Origin: Deltaproteobacteria bacterium
GTDB lineage: Bacteria; Desulfobacterota_D; UBA1144; Nemesobacterales; UBA2774
DNA: 64,000 bases
NCBI GenBank assembly: GCA_040223695.1
Contig: JAVKFU010000013.1
Span: 126,641-190,640, forward strand
Direction: 5' to 3'
How positions within the stretch are numbered: the first letter of the stretch is position 1; each line of letters begins with the position of its first letter. The translations under genes were made by a program, and so were the position numbers. The notes below the pieces were generated by a model, which was not told where the DNA came from, made no database searches, and saw nothing but the letters and a program-made list of their open reading frames with translations. Positions 22,050 to 31,865 of the stretch are shown piece after piece.

Positions 22050-23288
22050 TCAATAAAGCCTGTACCACCCAAATATGTTTATAAATAATACTCCCCAGAT
22101 ATTGACCAGGATGCCGAGAATTATCAAAAGTCTGTGATACCATTTTAGTTTATCTCCGATATCTATTACAGTAAGCAGAAGAAGAAACGGGTAGAAGTCC
22201 ATTGCGTACCGGTACCCGAATTGCGTCCATCCCGTCCCGCTTTTAATAAAGATAAGAAAGGCGATCGGTATGATAGCCGACCAGCACGCTATAGTCAGCC
22301 TGTTTCTCCACCCGGCAAAAAAAGCGAATATGAAAGCAGGCGTAGTAATAAAAACCGAAAGGCCTGCTTTTGAAGGAATTACATAAGGCCAGCTGTCGAT
22401 AAAAACGGGGGGGTGAAGCAGAAAAACATATAGATGGTGCCGAATATACGAAAGACTGAATAAACCCTTGTTAAACCAGGGCGAGACTTTTTCCTTGGCA
22501 GGAGTTATCGTATGAAGTGCATATGCTACATCAAACGGAGATCCGAACCTCAAATAGTTATAGAGAAAATTTAGCAGAATGAAAATGCCCAAGCCCGCGC
22601 AAAGGAGCAGAATCGGTCTTATTCTAATCTTTTTAAGGACAGAAAACTCCTTTTTATCGGGAAAAGACAAATTTGAAATCATGATAATAAAAAAAGGCAG
22701 GCTCAGTACAGTAGTTAACCTGGACCAGTATGAAGCGCCCAGAAGAAGGCCTATCAATAAAGAGCTTCGTCCGCTGAGCGTCGAGTGCACGGCAAGAAGC
22801 AAAAAGAACATGGAGGTTATCTGGGCGAAATACCATACGGAGCCCACTGTCGCCGTATACCAGTGAATAGAGCCGAACCCGAACAAGAGAGTGATCCAGA
22901 ACTGAAGCTCCCTGTTCCCCGTTAATCTCCTCGTTATCAGATAAACCAGTGAAATATTGACACCGCCCAACACGAGCGACGCGAGAGCCTGATTGAAGGA
23001 AGTTCCCCAAACGGCTACAAAGGGCATGATTAGCACAGCCGGCATGGGAGGATATATCACGTATGATTTTCCGTCCCTTATAACAAGCTCCTCGAAATAG
23101 AAAGGTGTGTCCGTTACGTACAACCTTCCGTGCAGAAAAGCATCGGCAAGATAGGTGAAATAGTTAAAAGGGTTCTCGGTTCCGGGCTGCGTCAGAAAAT
23201 AGACCAGAAATCCCGTCACGCAAAAAAGAAGGGCAAGCAACAAAGGGGAATATTTATTATCCCGTGGAGCGTATAGATTCATAGACAA
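22050..23288 (-). CDS. GT-C-like polytopic membrane protein, paralog 1 of 3
   Basis: About 10 TM segments. Shares LADAFLxGR, GASYWxRL, ITTPAF and QFGYRxAxDFYPF with 25287 and 26560. Confidence 0.7.
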   Translation of the reverse strand: MSMNLYAPRDNKYSPLLLALLFCVTGFLVYFLTQPGTENPFNYFTYLADAFLHGRLYVTDTPFYFEELVIRDGKSYVIYPPMPAVLIMPFVAVWGTSFNQALASLVLGGVNISLVYLITRRLTGNRELQFWITLLFGFGSIHWYTATVGSVWYFAQITSMFFLLLAVHSTLSGRSSLLIGLLLGASYWSRLTTVLSLPFFIIMISNLSFPDKKEFSVLKKIRIRPILLLCAGLGIFILLNFLYNYLRFGSPFDVAYALHTITPAKEKVSPWFNKGLFSLSYIRHHLYVFLLHPPVFIDSWPYVIPSKAGLSVFITTPAFIFAFFAGWRNRLTIACWSAIIPIAFLIFIKSGTGWTQFGYRYAMDFYPFLLLLTVIDIGDKLKWYHRLLIILGILVNIWGVLFINIFGWYRLY

Positions 23289-23403
23289 TATTGAAATAAT
23301 TATTCAATAATCGAGAAAGTTAGATTAACATAATATACGAATATTGAATTCGAGTAAAAAACTCTGTATTAGTTTTCGGTCAGAGAATAATTAGCCCAAT
23401 ACG

Positions 23404-24507
23404 ATGAAACTCAATAGTCCGCTGAGAGAATTATCCGTAATAATAATCGTCACGATAATCGGAACCTTTTTTCTTGCCTATGCGGCTTTTGTTCTACTTG
23501 AAGACACGTTCCCCGACTCTGTTATATCAATATGGAACACATGGGACACTCAGCATTATCTGGATATAGCGCAGTACGGTTATACAAACTCAGCAATCGA
23601 CGAAAAAAAATTGCAAATAGTATTCTTCCCTCTTTACCCCTTCATTATTAAAATCTTTTCGTTTGCATTTAAAGATTATCTGTTCTCGGCGCTTCTGGTC
23701 TCTAATATCGCATATGCCGGGGCGGTCGTTTACCTCTTTAAACTGGTCAGGATTGATTACGATGACGACGATGCCTTAAGAGCGGGAATATATATCTCCA
23801 TATTCCCAACCGCATATTTCTTTCACGCGCCTTATACGGAGAGTCTTTTTTTAGTGTTTACCGTAGCGAGCCTTTACTACGCGAGAAGAAGTAAATGGGC
23901 CCTTTCGGGAACCGCGGGAATGCTGGCTGCGGCGACCAGAATAACCGGCATTATCCTCCTGCCCGTCCTGGTAATCGAGTATCTGTATCAAAATGAATAC
24001 AAGATAAAAAACACAAGAAAAGAAATTCTGTGGCTGGGAGCAGTGGGCTTGGGTCTGTTATTCTATCTGGTTATCAATTACGTGACCTTCGGCGATCCGT
24101 TCAAATTCCTGGAATTTCAAAAAGGGCATTGGTCAAAAGAACTCGCCTTGCCCATTAAGGGGTTTTTCTCCGCCTGGAGCGGTATTTTCTGGCGTAAACC
24201 TGCAGATGCGCTTCTCGGAGGCTGGGCGGAAATCATATTCGCTGCTCTGGGGCTAATTTTAATTATTTATTCCTTTTTCCGTCTGCGTCTGTCTTACGGA
24301 GTATATGCCCTTCTGACATGGCTCACGGTTACTTCTACTTCATTCTGGCTGAGCATACCCAGATATACCCTTTCGATTTTCCCTATATTTATAGCGTTAT
24401 CCATCCTGGGCAGGCGGAAGGAGGTTAACTATCTAATCATATTTTTATCGCTTGTTTTCTACGCGCTTTTCCTCTCTCTCTTTATCAGATTCAGATGGGC
24501 CTTTTGA
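23404..24507 (+). CDS. PIG-V/GT76-like mannosyltransferase (GT-C)
   Basis: WNTWDTQHYLDIAQYGY...FFPLYP, YTESLF, RITG, SIPRY. Confidence 0.8.
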   Translation: MKLNSPLRELSVIIIVTIIGTFFLAYAAFVLLEDTFPDSVISIWNTWDTQHYLDIAQYGYTNSAIDEKKLQIVFFPLYPFIIKIFSFAFKDYLFSALLVSNIAYAGAVVYLFKLVRIDYDDDDALRAGIYISIFPTAYFFHAPYTESLFLVFTVASLYYARRSKWALSGTAGMLAAATRITGIILLPVLVIEYLYQNEYKIKNTRKEILWLGAVGLGLLFYLVINYVTFGDPFKFLEFQKGHWSKELALPIKGFFSAWSGIFWRKPADALLGGWAEIIFAALGLILIIYSFFRLRLSYGVYALLTWLTVTSTSFWLSIPRYTLSIFPIFIALSILGRRKEVNYLIIFLSLVFYALFLSLFIRFRWAF

Positions 24508-24583
24508 GATAATATTCAAAGAGATAATTGTTGAATTATACAAATGAGGGTAACTTAGCGATTTAACGCCCGGCATCAAAAAA

Positions 24584-25276
24584 ATGGACATAACCTTAAT
24601 CGTACCGACATATAACGAAGCAGAAAACATACCCCTTCTGGTCGAGTTAATATTCAGAAACTTCGAAGAGGCAAACCTCGAAGGGAGCGTAGTTATTGTA
24701 GATGACAACTCCCCGGATGAAACCTGGAAGAAAGCAGAGGAGCTCAAAAAGAGCCACACCAGGCTGGCAGTAATGCGGAGGCTTAATGAAAGGGGGCTTT
24801 CCTCCGCGGTATTGGAGGGCTTCCGAGCCTCCCGCAGCAAAATATTAGGGGTCATGGACGCGGATTTAAGCCATCCGCCCGAGAAAATACCTGAACTGGT
24901 CAATCCCATTATAGAAGGGGAAGCGGACATTGTAATCGGGAGCAGATATATAAACAGGGGGGAAATCGAGGAATGGTCTTTGAGCAGAAAAATATCTTCC
25001 AGACTGGCTACATTGGCGGCTTGCGGGCTTACCAGTATCAAGGACCCGATGTCGGGATTTTTTTTTCTGAAGCGCGATGTGATTGACAACGTCGAGTTAA
25101 ATCCGAAAGGGTTTAAAATAGGGCTTGAGATACTTGTAAGGGGAAACTACGAGAGGGTAATCGAGGTCCCTATAACGTTTCGGGACCGTATGTACGGGGA
25201 AACCAAATTAAACAGCAATGTAATTCTCGACTACCTGATCCAGGTAGCCGGACTATACATATATAAAATCTTTTAA
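24584..25276 (+). CDS. Polyprenol monophosphomannose synthase (DPM1/Ppm1-like GT2)
   Basis: VPTYNEAENI, VDDNSPD, VMDADLSHPP, GSRY, DPMSGFF, GFKIGLEIL. Confidence 0.88.
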   Translation: MDITLIVPTYNEAENIPLLVELIFRNFEEANLEGSVVIVDDNSPDETWKKAEELKKSHTRLAVMRRLNERGLSSAVLEGFRASRSKILGVMDADLSHPPEKIPELVNPIIEGEADIVIGSRYINRGEIEEWSLSRKISSRLATLAACGLTSIKDPMSGFFFLKRDVIDNVELNPKGFKIGLEILVRGNYERVIEVPITFRDRMYGETKLNSNVILDYLIQVAGLYIYKIF

Positions 25277-25286
25277 CACCGGACAG

Positions 25287-26516
25287 ATGATGAATCTTAC
25301 CCGAATCATTCAAAAGCGGACCTATTTATTAACGGCACTTATCTTTTTTTCAGTAACATTTTTAGTTTATTTCCTGACGGGAGAAGGGGAAAAAACACCG
25401 TACCACTACTTTGTACCCCTTGCCGATGCATTTCTGCACGGAAGGACTTATCTCTTAGAAAATATAACGTGGCTTAACGAACTAATAAATATTGACGGGA
25501 GATACTATGTAATTTATCCACCCATGCCGGCCTTCTTTCTCCTGCCCCAGGCCGCCATATCCGGTATGGAAGCCAACCAGACACTGGCCTCCGTTTTTTG
25601 GGGGAGTCTAAACGTGGCACTCGTATTTTTTCTGATGAGGCGGGTAACGAATAATCTGCGACTTCAGATCTGGATGACGATCCTGTTCGGATTCGGGACT
25701 ATACACTGGTATCTGGCGAGCATAGGCAATGCATGGTTCTTCGCTCACGTGGCATCGTTCTTCTTCCTTACCGCCGCAATTATCGAAACGCTGGGTAAAA
25801 AACGCGCTTTATTAATCGGCCTATTACTGGGAGCGTCATACTGGTGCCGATTGCCGGTTATTCTGTCGGTTCCTTTCTTTCTGATAATGCTCTCCGGTTT
25901 ATGGGTCAAGAGTGTAAATACCTCCAACCCCCTGAAAAGGGTTGATTTTATCCCCCTGCTTAAATTCGGCCTCGGAGTCGGTATATTTATAATTCTGAAC
26001 TTCGCTTATAACTACCTGAGGTTCAACACCATATTCGACATCGCATACGATATTCAAGCGGCAAGAGAGCCCTGGTTCTATGATAAAGGGTTATTCCACA
26101 TATCCTATATTCCGGATCACCTGTGGACTTTTCTTCTTAAACCCCCCGTATTTAGCTCGGCGGCGCCGTACGTCAAACCCGATTACATGGGCATGTCTAT
26201 TTTGATAACCACACCCGCGTTCATTTATTCCCTTTTCGCCGGAATCAGAAATAAATTCTCTTTAGCATGCTGGTCGGCAATAATACCCATCGCTGCCGTA
26301 TTGTTTATACACGGCGGGGTGGGATGGAAACAGTTCGGTTATCGATTCGCCGTTGACTTCTACCCCTTTCTCTTAATATTGACGGCTCTCGGAATAAAGA
26401 AGAACCTTACAGACATATCAGATTTGACATGGGACCAGAAAGCACTTATTTGTATAAGCGTTCTGGTTAACATGTGGGGAGTTGTCTGGATAAACAAATT
26501 CGGTTGGGTGCTATAA
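25287..26516 (+). CDS. GT-C-like polytopic membrane protein, paralog 2 of 3
   Basis: Same motif set as 22050 and 26560; ends WINKFGW. Confidence 0.7.
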   Translation: MMNLTRIIQKRTYLLTALIFFSVTFLVYFLTGEGEKTPYHYFVPLADAFLHGRTYLLENITWLNELINIDGRYYVIYPPMPAFFLLPQAAISGMEANQTLASVFWGSLNVALVFFLMRRVTNNLRLQIWMTILFGFGTIHWYLASIGNAWFFAHVASFFFLTAAIIETLGKKRALLIGLLLGASYWCRLPVILSVPFFLIMLSGLWVKSVNTSNPLKRVDFIPLLKFGLGVGIFIILNFAYNYLRFNTIFDIAYDIQAAREPWFYDKGLFHISYIPDHLWTFLLKPPVFSSAAPYVKPDYMGMSILITTPAFIYSLFAGIRNKFSLACWSAIIPIAAVLFIHGGVGWKQFGYRFAVDFYPFLLILTALGIKKNLTDISDLTWDQKALICISVLVNMWGVVWINKFGWVL

Positions 26517-26559
26517 TTCTTCATAAACAATAATAACAAGCCCAACCTTTTTTCTGAAG

Positions 26560-27774
26560 ATGGAAAATCAAAACCCAAGCGGTGATACTCATAAAATCGC
26601 CGTAGCCGCTCTTTTAATATTTTCCGTTACATTCGTTGTTTATTTTTTAACACGGGTGGAACTCCCGACTCCGTATAATAACTTCGTGCGTCTGGCAGAC
26701 GCCTTTTTAAACGGGCGCCTTCACCTTAACGAAAATTTAAACTGGCTCGAGCTCGCCCCCTACGAAGGTAGATATTATATTATACCGCCGCCTCTTCCGG
26801 CAATATTGATTCTACCGGTGGTCGCCCTATTCGGCCTGTCCACAGATCAGACATTAATATCTATTTTCTTCGGGAGCATCAACGTGGCCCTGGCTTTCCT
26901 GGCCGCAAGAGCGCTCACAAAACAAACAAGCGTTCAGATCTGGTCAACCGCAATGTTCGGCTTCGGTACCCTGCACTGGTGGGTAGCGACAGCAGGCGGT
27001 GTCTGGACGTTCTCACAGACGGTGTCAACGACATTCTTGCTAATCGCCATCCTGTGCGCCTTAAAAAACCGCCATCCTATTCTCGCAGGAGCAGCCCTGG
27101 GAGCCTCATACTGGTCGCGCCTCCCTACGATACTCTCGTTTCCATTCTTCCTGGCGATGTACTCGGGGGAGTGGCTCCATAGCGAACGGACAAAAAGTAT
27201 TATCGGAAGAATCAATTTACGACCCCTTGTCTGGTTCGGAGTGGGAGCCGGCATTTTTGTAATGTTTAATTTTGCTTATAACTATATGAGATTTGATACA
27301 CCACTGGATATTTCCTACTACCTGATACCCGGAGTACTCGAAGAACCCTGGTATCAGAAAGGCATATTCGATGTCACATACATACCGAGACACCTGAAAG
27401 TGATATTTCTCGGTTTCCCCAGGATAATTGATGAATTCCCGTACATAGTCCCCGGATGGCACGGAATGGCAATCTGGATTACGACGCCTGCATTCATTTA
27501 TGCCTTCTTTGCAGGCATAAGAAACAAAATTGCAGCCGGGTGCTGGCTCTCAATTATTCTTATCGCGTTTGTAGATTTCTGCCACGGCACCTGGGGATTC
27601 GCTCAGTTCGGATACAGATTTGCACTGGACTTCTATCCGTTTCTCTTCTTGCTTACGGTAAAAGGAATGGGTAACGATGTGAAATGGCATCACAAAGTAC
27701 TGATAATAATCGGCGTTCTCGTGAACCTGTGGGGGGTACTTTGGATAAACAAATTCGGCTGGGTAGTATATTGA
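26560..27774 (+). CDS. GT-C-like polytopic membrane protein, paralog 3 of 3
   Basis: Same motif set; ends WINKFGW. Confidence 0.7.
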   Translation: MENQNPSGDTHKIAVAALLIFSVTFVVYFLTRVELPTPYNNFVRLADAFLNGRLHLNENLNWLELAPYEGRYYIIPPPLPAILILPVVALFGLSTDQTLISIFFGSINVALAFLAARALTKQTSVQIWSTAMFGFGTLHWWVATAGGVWTFSQTVSTTFLLIAILCALKNRHPILAGAALGASYWSRLPTILSFPFFLAMYSGEWLHSERTKSIIGRINLRPLVWFGVGAGIFVMFNFAYNYMRFDTPLDISYYLIPGVLEEPWYQKGIFDVTYIPRHLKVIFLGFPRIIDEFPYIVPGWHGMAIWITTPAFIYAFFAGIRNKIAAGCWLSIILIAFVDFCHGTWGFAQFGYRFALDFYPFLFLLTVKGMGNDVKWHHKVLIIIGVLVNLWGVLWINKFGWVVY

Positions 27775-27775
27775 G

Positions 27776-28393
27776 CTATTTCTTAAAAACCAGATATTTA
27801 TAACCCAGGAAATCCCAGATTATTACAAAGACAATTGACGCGAATGCCCCGATATTTGCCCATATAATCGGCGATATATTACCCATGGGCCCTATCACAT
27901 TGACTATGAAAGACGCGACAGTCACATTAATGACAAAACCGATAAAGGATACGATTATGAATTTAAAAAACTGCTTTCCCATGCCTCTCGTTTCTCTGCT
28001 TTCAAATGTCCAGAACTTATTCCACGCGTAGCTGTTTGTCGCCGCGCATAGAAACGAGACGCTTTTAAAAATAGTATACAGAATTCCCTTCTCTTCACCC
28101 GAAATGAAAATCAAAAAATTCAACACACCGAAATCGATAGCAGTATTGGACACTCCGATAGGAATAAATTTGCCGAACTGAAAAAGAATATTCCGTCTGG
28201 TTTCGAGGTGAGAGGCCAAATAGACCCATAGAACGACGAAGACAGGAGGAATTATCAGCAGGGGCGGCCAAATAAAATTAAAGGAAATATTCCCTATATA
28301 TATTTCGCTTCTCAGCGTTCGCAAAATCGCAATGAAAAATATGGAAATTATAAAACCGATGATAAGCGAGCTGAAAAAATCCGTTCTCTTCAT
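27776..28393 (-). CDS. GtrA family protein (polyprenol-phosphate-sugar flippase-like)
   Basis: [21 protein letters not shown]...[11 protein letters not shown]...FFKFIIVS...KYLVFKK, with two extra N-terminal TMs. Confidence 0.88.
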   Translation of the reverse strand: MKRTDFFSSLIIGFIISIFFIAILRTLRSEIYIGNISFNFIWPPLLIIPPVFVVLWVYLASHLETRRNILFQFGKFIPIGVSNTAIDFGVLNFLIFISGEEKGILYTIFKSVSFLCAATNSYAWNKFWTFESRETRGMGKQFFKFIIVSFIGFVINVTVASFIVNVIGPMGNISPIIWANIGAFASIVFVIIWDFLGYKYLVFKK

Positions 28394-28475
28394 ATAATCA
28401 TCCGAAAGACCGATAAACGGTCCCGTAGAAAATCAACAGGCCGGGGATAAGGATTCCGGTGAAAACTCTCAATAC

Positions 28476-29786
28476 CTATCTCCAGGTTTTCAGCCACATA
28501 AAACGGGTGAGCTCCGCATCCTTTACCGGAACCGCGGCCACTACCGGATAGAAATAGATAAAAACTCCCGCCGCCAAGAAAAAATATATTATCACCAGCA
28601 ACTTACCTTTCTTTGACCTAGACCACAAGCTGTTTAAAAAATAAGAACTGATCAAAAGAATAAAAAGGAATGAAGGCATAAAATGATAAAGGAAAACTAT
28701 TTTTCTTGGCGAAAATGCCCAGGGGAGCCAGTAGGCGAGAACGCTTACAACGGCAAACACAAGCGACGGCATCTCTTTTCTTATAACCTGAACAACGCCG
28801 AGGATAAAAAACAGAAGCCCGGTCCACCATATAAACGGGTTGCCCAGCATATATATATTAGAACGCAGGCCGTTACTCAGGTCCTCAAAGTGCAGATATA
28901 CGGGTCTTATTAATAAAGGCCATTGCCACCAGGCCGACTGGTATGGATGAGTATCCGTCACACCGCCGTGATAATTGTACATATTAGCTTGAAGTGAAAT
29001 GAAATCACCAAGCGAATTGCCGTAATAGAAAAAGGGTATGTATGTCGCAATATAAACTATTAAGGGAATCACTCCGAAAGCCAGAATCATTCTAGGAATT
29101 ATCTTCAAAATAGAGGCAACAAATGACTTTCCCCGAGACTCGGATGTGTAGACCTCAAAGTAATATATCAACAAGAAAGCCACCCCGGCCAGAAATTCCG
29201 TTATATACACTCCGCTCCACTTTATAGACATCGCCGCGCCGCAAAAGAATCCGGTCAGTACCAGGAATAAATTCTTTCTAGTCCTTGCGTACTTAACAAT
29301 AAACAGAGAGGCAAGGAGCAGAAAATCGGCCATAAATATATCGACCATGGTAATACGGCTTAACACGAAAAGAAAAGAATCAAAGCTGTAAAGAAGCGCT
29401 GCTATCAAACCGGCTCCTTTGCTCTGAAACAAATTTTTCCCGAGCAGATAAATAAACAGAGCCCCGAGTCCGCCGAAGAGAGCCTGGAAGAATCTCCAGC
29501 CAAAGGTATTGTTGCCGAATATCAAAATTCCCAGCGCGCTTATTTCCTTTCCGAGAGGCGGGTGGGTCCATTCATATGCCAGGTCCTCAGGCGCCTCGTG
29601 GTAGCTCTCCCACGCTGCTCTGTTTCCCTTGGCCATTTCCTGAGCGGTAAAAGCATAGTACACTTCGTCAAAGTAGTAACTCTTCGGAATTTCCAGACGA
29701 TACAATCTGACGCCGATACTAAAAATTAGTATCAGAAGAAGAAACAGCTCATATTTATACTTAATTATTGAAGATTGTAGTGACAC
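28476..29786 (-). CDS. Protein O-mannosyltransferase (PMT/GT39 family)
   Basis: YFDEVYY (catalytic DE), HPPLGK, FGWRF, SIKWSG, HPYQSAWWQWP, GNPFIWW, FLYHFMP. Confidence 0.85.
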   Translation of the reverse strand: MSLQSSIIKYKYELFLLLILIFSIGVRLYRLEIPKSYYFDEVYYAFTAQEMAKGNRAAWESYHEAPEDLAYEWTHPPLGKEISALGILIFGNNTFGWRFFQALFGGLGALFIYLLGKNLFQSKGAGLIAALLYSFDSFLFVLSRITMVDIFMADFLLLASLFIVKYARTRKNLFLVLTGFFCGAAMSIKWSGVYITEFLAGVAFLLIYYFEVYTSESRGKSFVASILKIIPRMILAFGVIPLIVYIATYIPFFYYGNSLGDFISLQANMYNYHGGVTDTHPYQSAWWQWPLLIRPVYLHFEDLSNGLRSNIYMLGNPFIWWTGLLFFILGVVQVIRKEMPSLVFAVVSVLAYWLPWAFSPRKIVFLYHFMPSFLFILLISSYFLNSLWSRSKKGKLLVIIYFFLAAGVFIYFYPVVAAVPVKDAELTRFMWLKTWR

Positions 29787-29801
29787 TTTTCTCCGTGAAT
29801 A

Positions 29802-31133
29802 TCAATTGCGAGGGATAACCGAATTTACAGGATTCTTATACTTAACCGTAATTATTATAAAGTGAATCAGCACTATGATAAAAGCGCTAAGATAGAGAGA
29901 AAACATTGCGGCCCTCATAACCAGATCTACATTTTCCGGGACTCCGCTGTATTTAGTCGTAAGCTGTATATAGGAATAAATCATGTTGATTACGTAAACA
30001 CACGACACAATAGCATACATGTACCAGAATATCCAAGTACGAAAGGTAATTAACGTAAAAAAGACTATCGCAGGTAGAAGGTGGCGCTCATGCGCCCGCG
30101 TTACAAAAAGAAAAAGTGAAAAGAGAACAAGGGCGATTGTTTCAAATATCAAATAAGTGAATTCTTTACCTTCCCTGTGACGCCGGAGTAATGTTGACCT
30201 GAGCAACAATCCCATTAGCAGAGCGTAAATTGATCCGAATATTAAAGTTCCCCATGTCTTGTACGACAAGCCCAGAAATAAAATCTCATCATTAACCCAC
30301 ATCGCAAAAGAGCCCCAGAAGTTAAACGCATTTAGTGAAGTGAACTCATACTGCTTGTACGCTGTTTCAAATCTTTCCCTTATCAAATCGACAGGACCCG
30401 TAATGAGGTAGCCGAGAGAATCAAGATCGTCCCAGATGAAAGGAAGCGTTATTATAATCAATGAAAATATTATTGCCATCACGAATTTAACAGCGGGGAT
30501 ATAATGTCTGAACCCGATTTTTGGGAGCGAATCCAGAACGGGCTTAATCGCAATAAATCCTATTACCGGGAAAATTACTATGCTCTGCGGCTTAATCATA
30601 AATGCCGTAGCGGCAAAAAGACCCGAAAGGACAAAATGTTTCCTCAATCCTAAAAACACGGAAAACAATATAGGCAGAGTATGGAAAGAATCCACCTGCC
30701 CCCAGAAAGTGGAGTTGGAGAGAGAAGCAGGATTAAACAAATAGACCGCGGCTGCGATCATCGCGTTCCTGACACTGGTAATGTCTCTAAGGGCAAAGAA
30801 TATCAGCGCTGATATGCCGACATCGGAAAGATTAGCCGGAAGCTTGAATAGGATTTCCGGAGATAGGGCGGGGAATGTCCTATGAATATTGTCAAGCAGC
30901 CAAAGCACGTAGAGATAGCCCGGCATATAATCACACCAGTATCTGTCGTAAAAACCGCCGAAGCCCGCGATCGCGATCTGACGACCCCAGCCTCTCCAGA
31001 CATCGAAATCAGGCTCATAGGTCAGAAACATGGAAAGAAACAATCTGAGGATAAAGCCACCAAGGAGTATCACGGATAAAAGAACATAGGGATTCCTCAG
31101 ATAGTTCAGTTGTTTATCCGTCTCTGAGTTCAT
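29802..31133 (-). CDS. GT-C membrane glycosyltransferase (ALG6/GT87-like)
   Basis: DFDVWRGW, DYMPGYLY, FKLP, NSTFWGQVDS, IKPQ, NAFNFW, HERH; polytopic. Confidence 0.7.
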   Translation of the reverse strand: MNSETDKQLNYLRNPYVLLSVILLGGFILRLFLSMFLTYEPDFDVWRGWGRQIAIAGFGGFYDRYWCDYMPGYLYVLWLLDNIHRTFPALSPEILFKLPANLSDVGISALIFFALRDITSVRNAMIAAAVYLFNPASLSNSTFWGQVDSFHTLPILFSVFLGLRKHFVLSGLFAATAFMIKPQSIVIFPVIGFIAIKPVLDSLPKIGFRHYIPAVKFVMAIIFSLIIITLPFIWDDLDSLGYLITGPVDLIRERFETAYKQYEFTSLNAFNFWGSFAMWVNDEILFLGLSYKTWGTLIFGSIYALLMGLLLRSTLLRRHREGKEFTYLIFETIALVLFSLFLFVTRAHERHLLPAIVFFTLITFRTWIFWYMYAIVSCVYVINMIYSYIQLTTKYSGVPENVDLVMRAAMFSLYLSAFIIVLIHFIIITVKYKNPVNSVIPRN

Positions 31134-31818
31134 TTCTAAGTTTCCATGATTCCCTGAACATTTTAAGAATTACATGAATATCGGCTCCGGACTGGTCCCC
31201 GAATTTGCGGGGAAAATGACGTACGGGAACTTCTATCAGATTGTATCCTTTTTTCTTCAGTTTTATAAGGAATTCTGCGCTGAATAGCGCTCCATCAGCC
31301 TTTATGGGTTTTACAGATTGATAAGCCTTTTTAGGAAAAATTTTAAACGCGCAATCCATATCCTTTACCCCGAGTCCGAAAATTAATCTGATATACATAC
31401 TGTAGAGCCAGGCGTTTAAAGAACGTATCATGGAATCCGCTCTATTCTCCCTGTAACCTATAACGATCTCTTTTTCACCCGCGTGCCGAAGCAGCCGGTC
31501 TAGGTCCAGAATATCGAACTGTCCGTCACTATCCATAAAAAATATATATTCCAGCGTAGCAGCGTCAAAACCGCTTCTGAGCGCTGATCCGTATCCCCTG
31601 TTTACATCATGATTAACCAGAATAATTTTAGAATTAGCCAAGGAGAGTTCATTCACAATAGCCCGGGTCCTATCAACAGAGCCATCATTTACGACTATAA
31701 CTTCATATCCCCCGGCCATATTTTCAAGATAAAGAACACAATTGTCCACAGTTCCTTTTATATTTTCTTCCTCATTATATGCGGGGAGAATAACGCTAAT
31801 GGAAAAATTTTTGCTCAT
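31114..31818 (-). CDS. GT2 family glycosyltransferase (polyprenol-phosphate-sugar synthase-like)
   Basis: LPAYNEEENI, VNDGSVD, NRGYG, FMDSDGQFD, DMDCAFK. Confidence 0.9.
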   Translation of the reverse strand: MSKNFSISVILPAYNEEENIKGTVDNCVLYLENMAGGYEVIVVNDGSVDRTRAIVNELSLANSKIILVNHDVNRGYGSALRSGFDAATLEYIFFMDSDGQFDILDLDRLLRHAGEKEIVIGYRENRADSMIRSLNAWLYSMYIRLIFGLGVKDMDCAFKIFPKKAYQSVKPIKADGALFSAEFLIKLKKKGYNLIEVPVRHFPRKFGDQSGADIHVILKMFRESWKLRNELRDG

Positions 31819-31865
31819 ATTTCAAATTTAGAGACTTGATCCACAACCCGCAATCGGGTTCCCGA

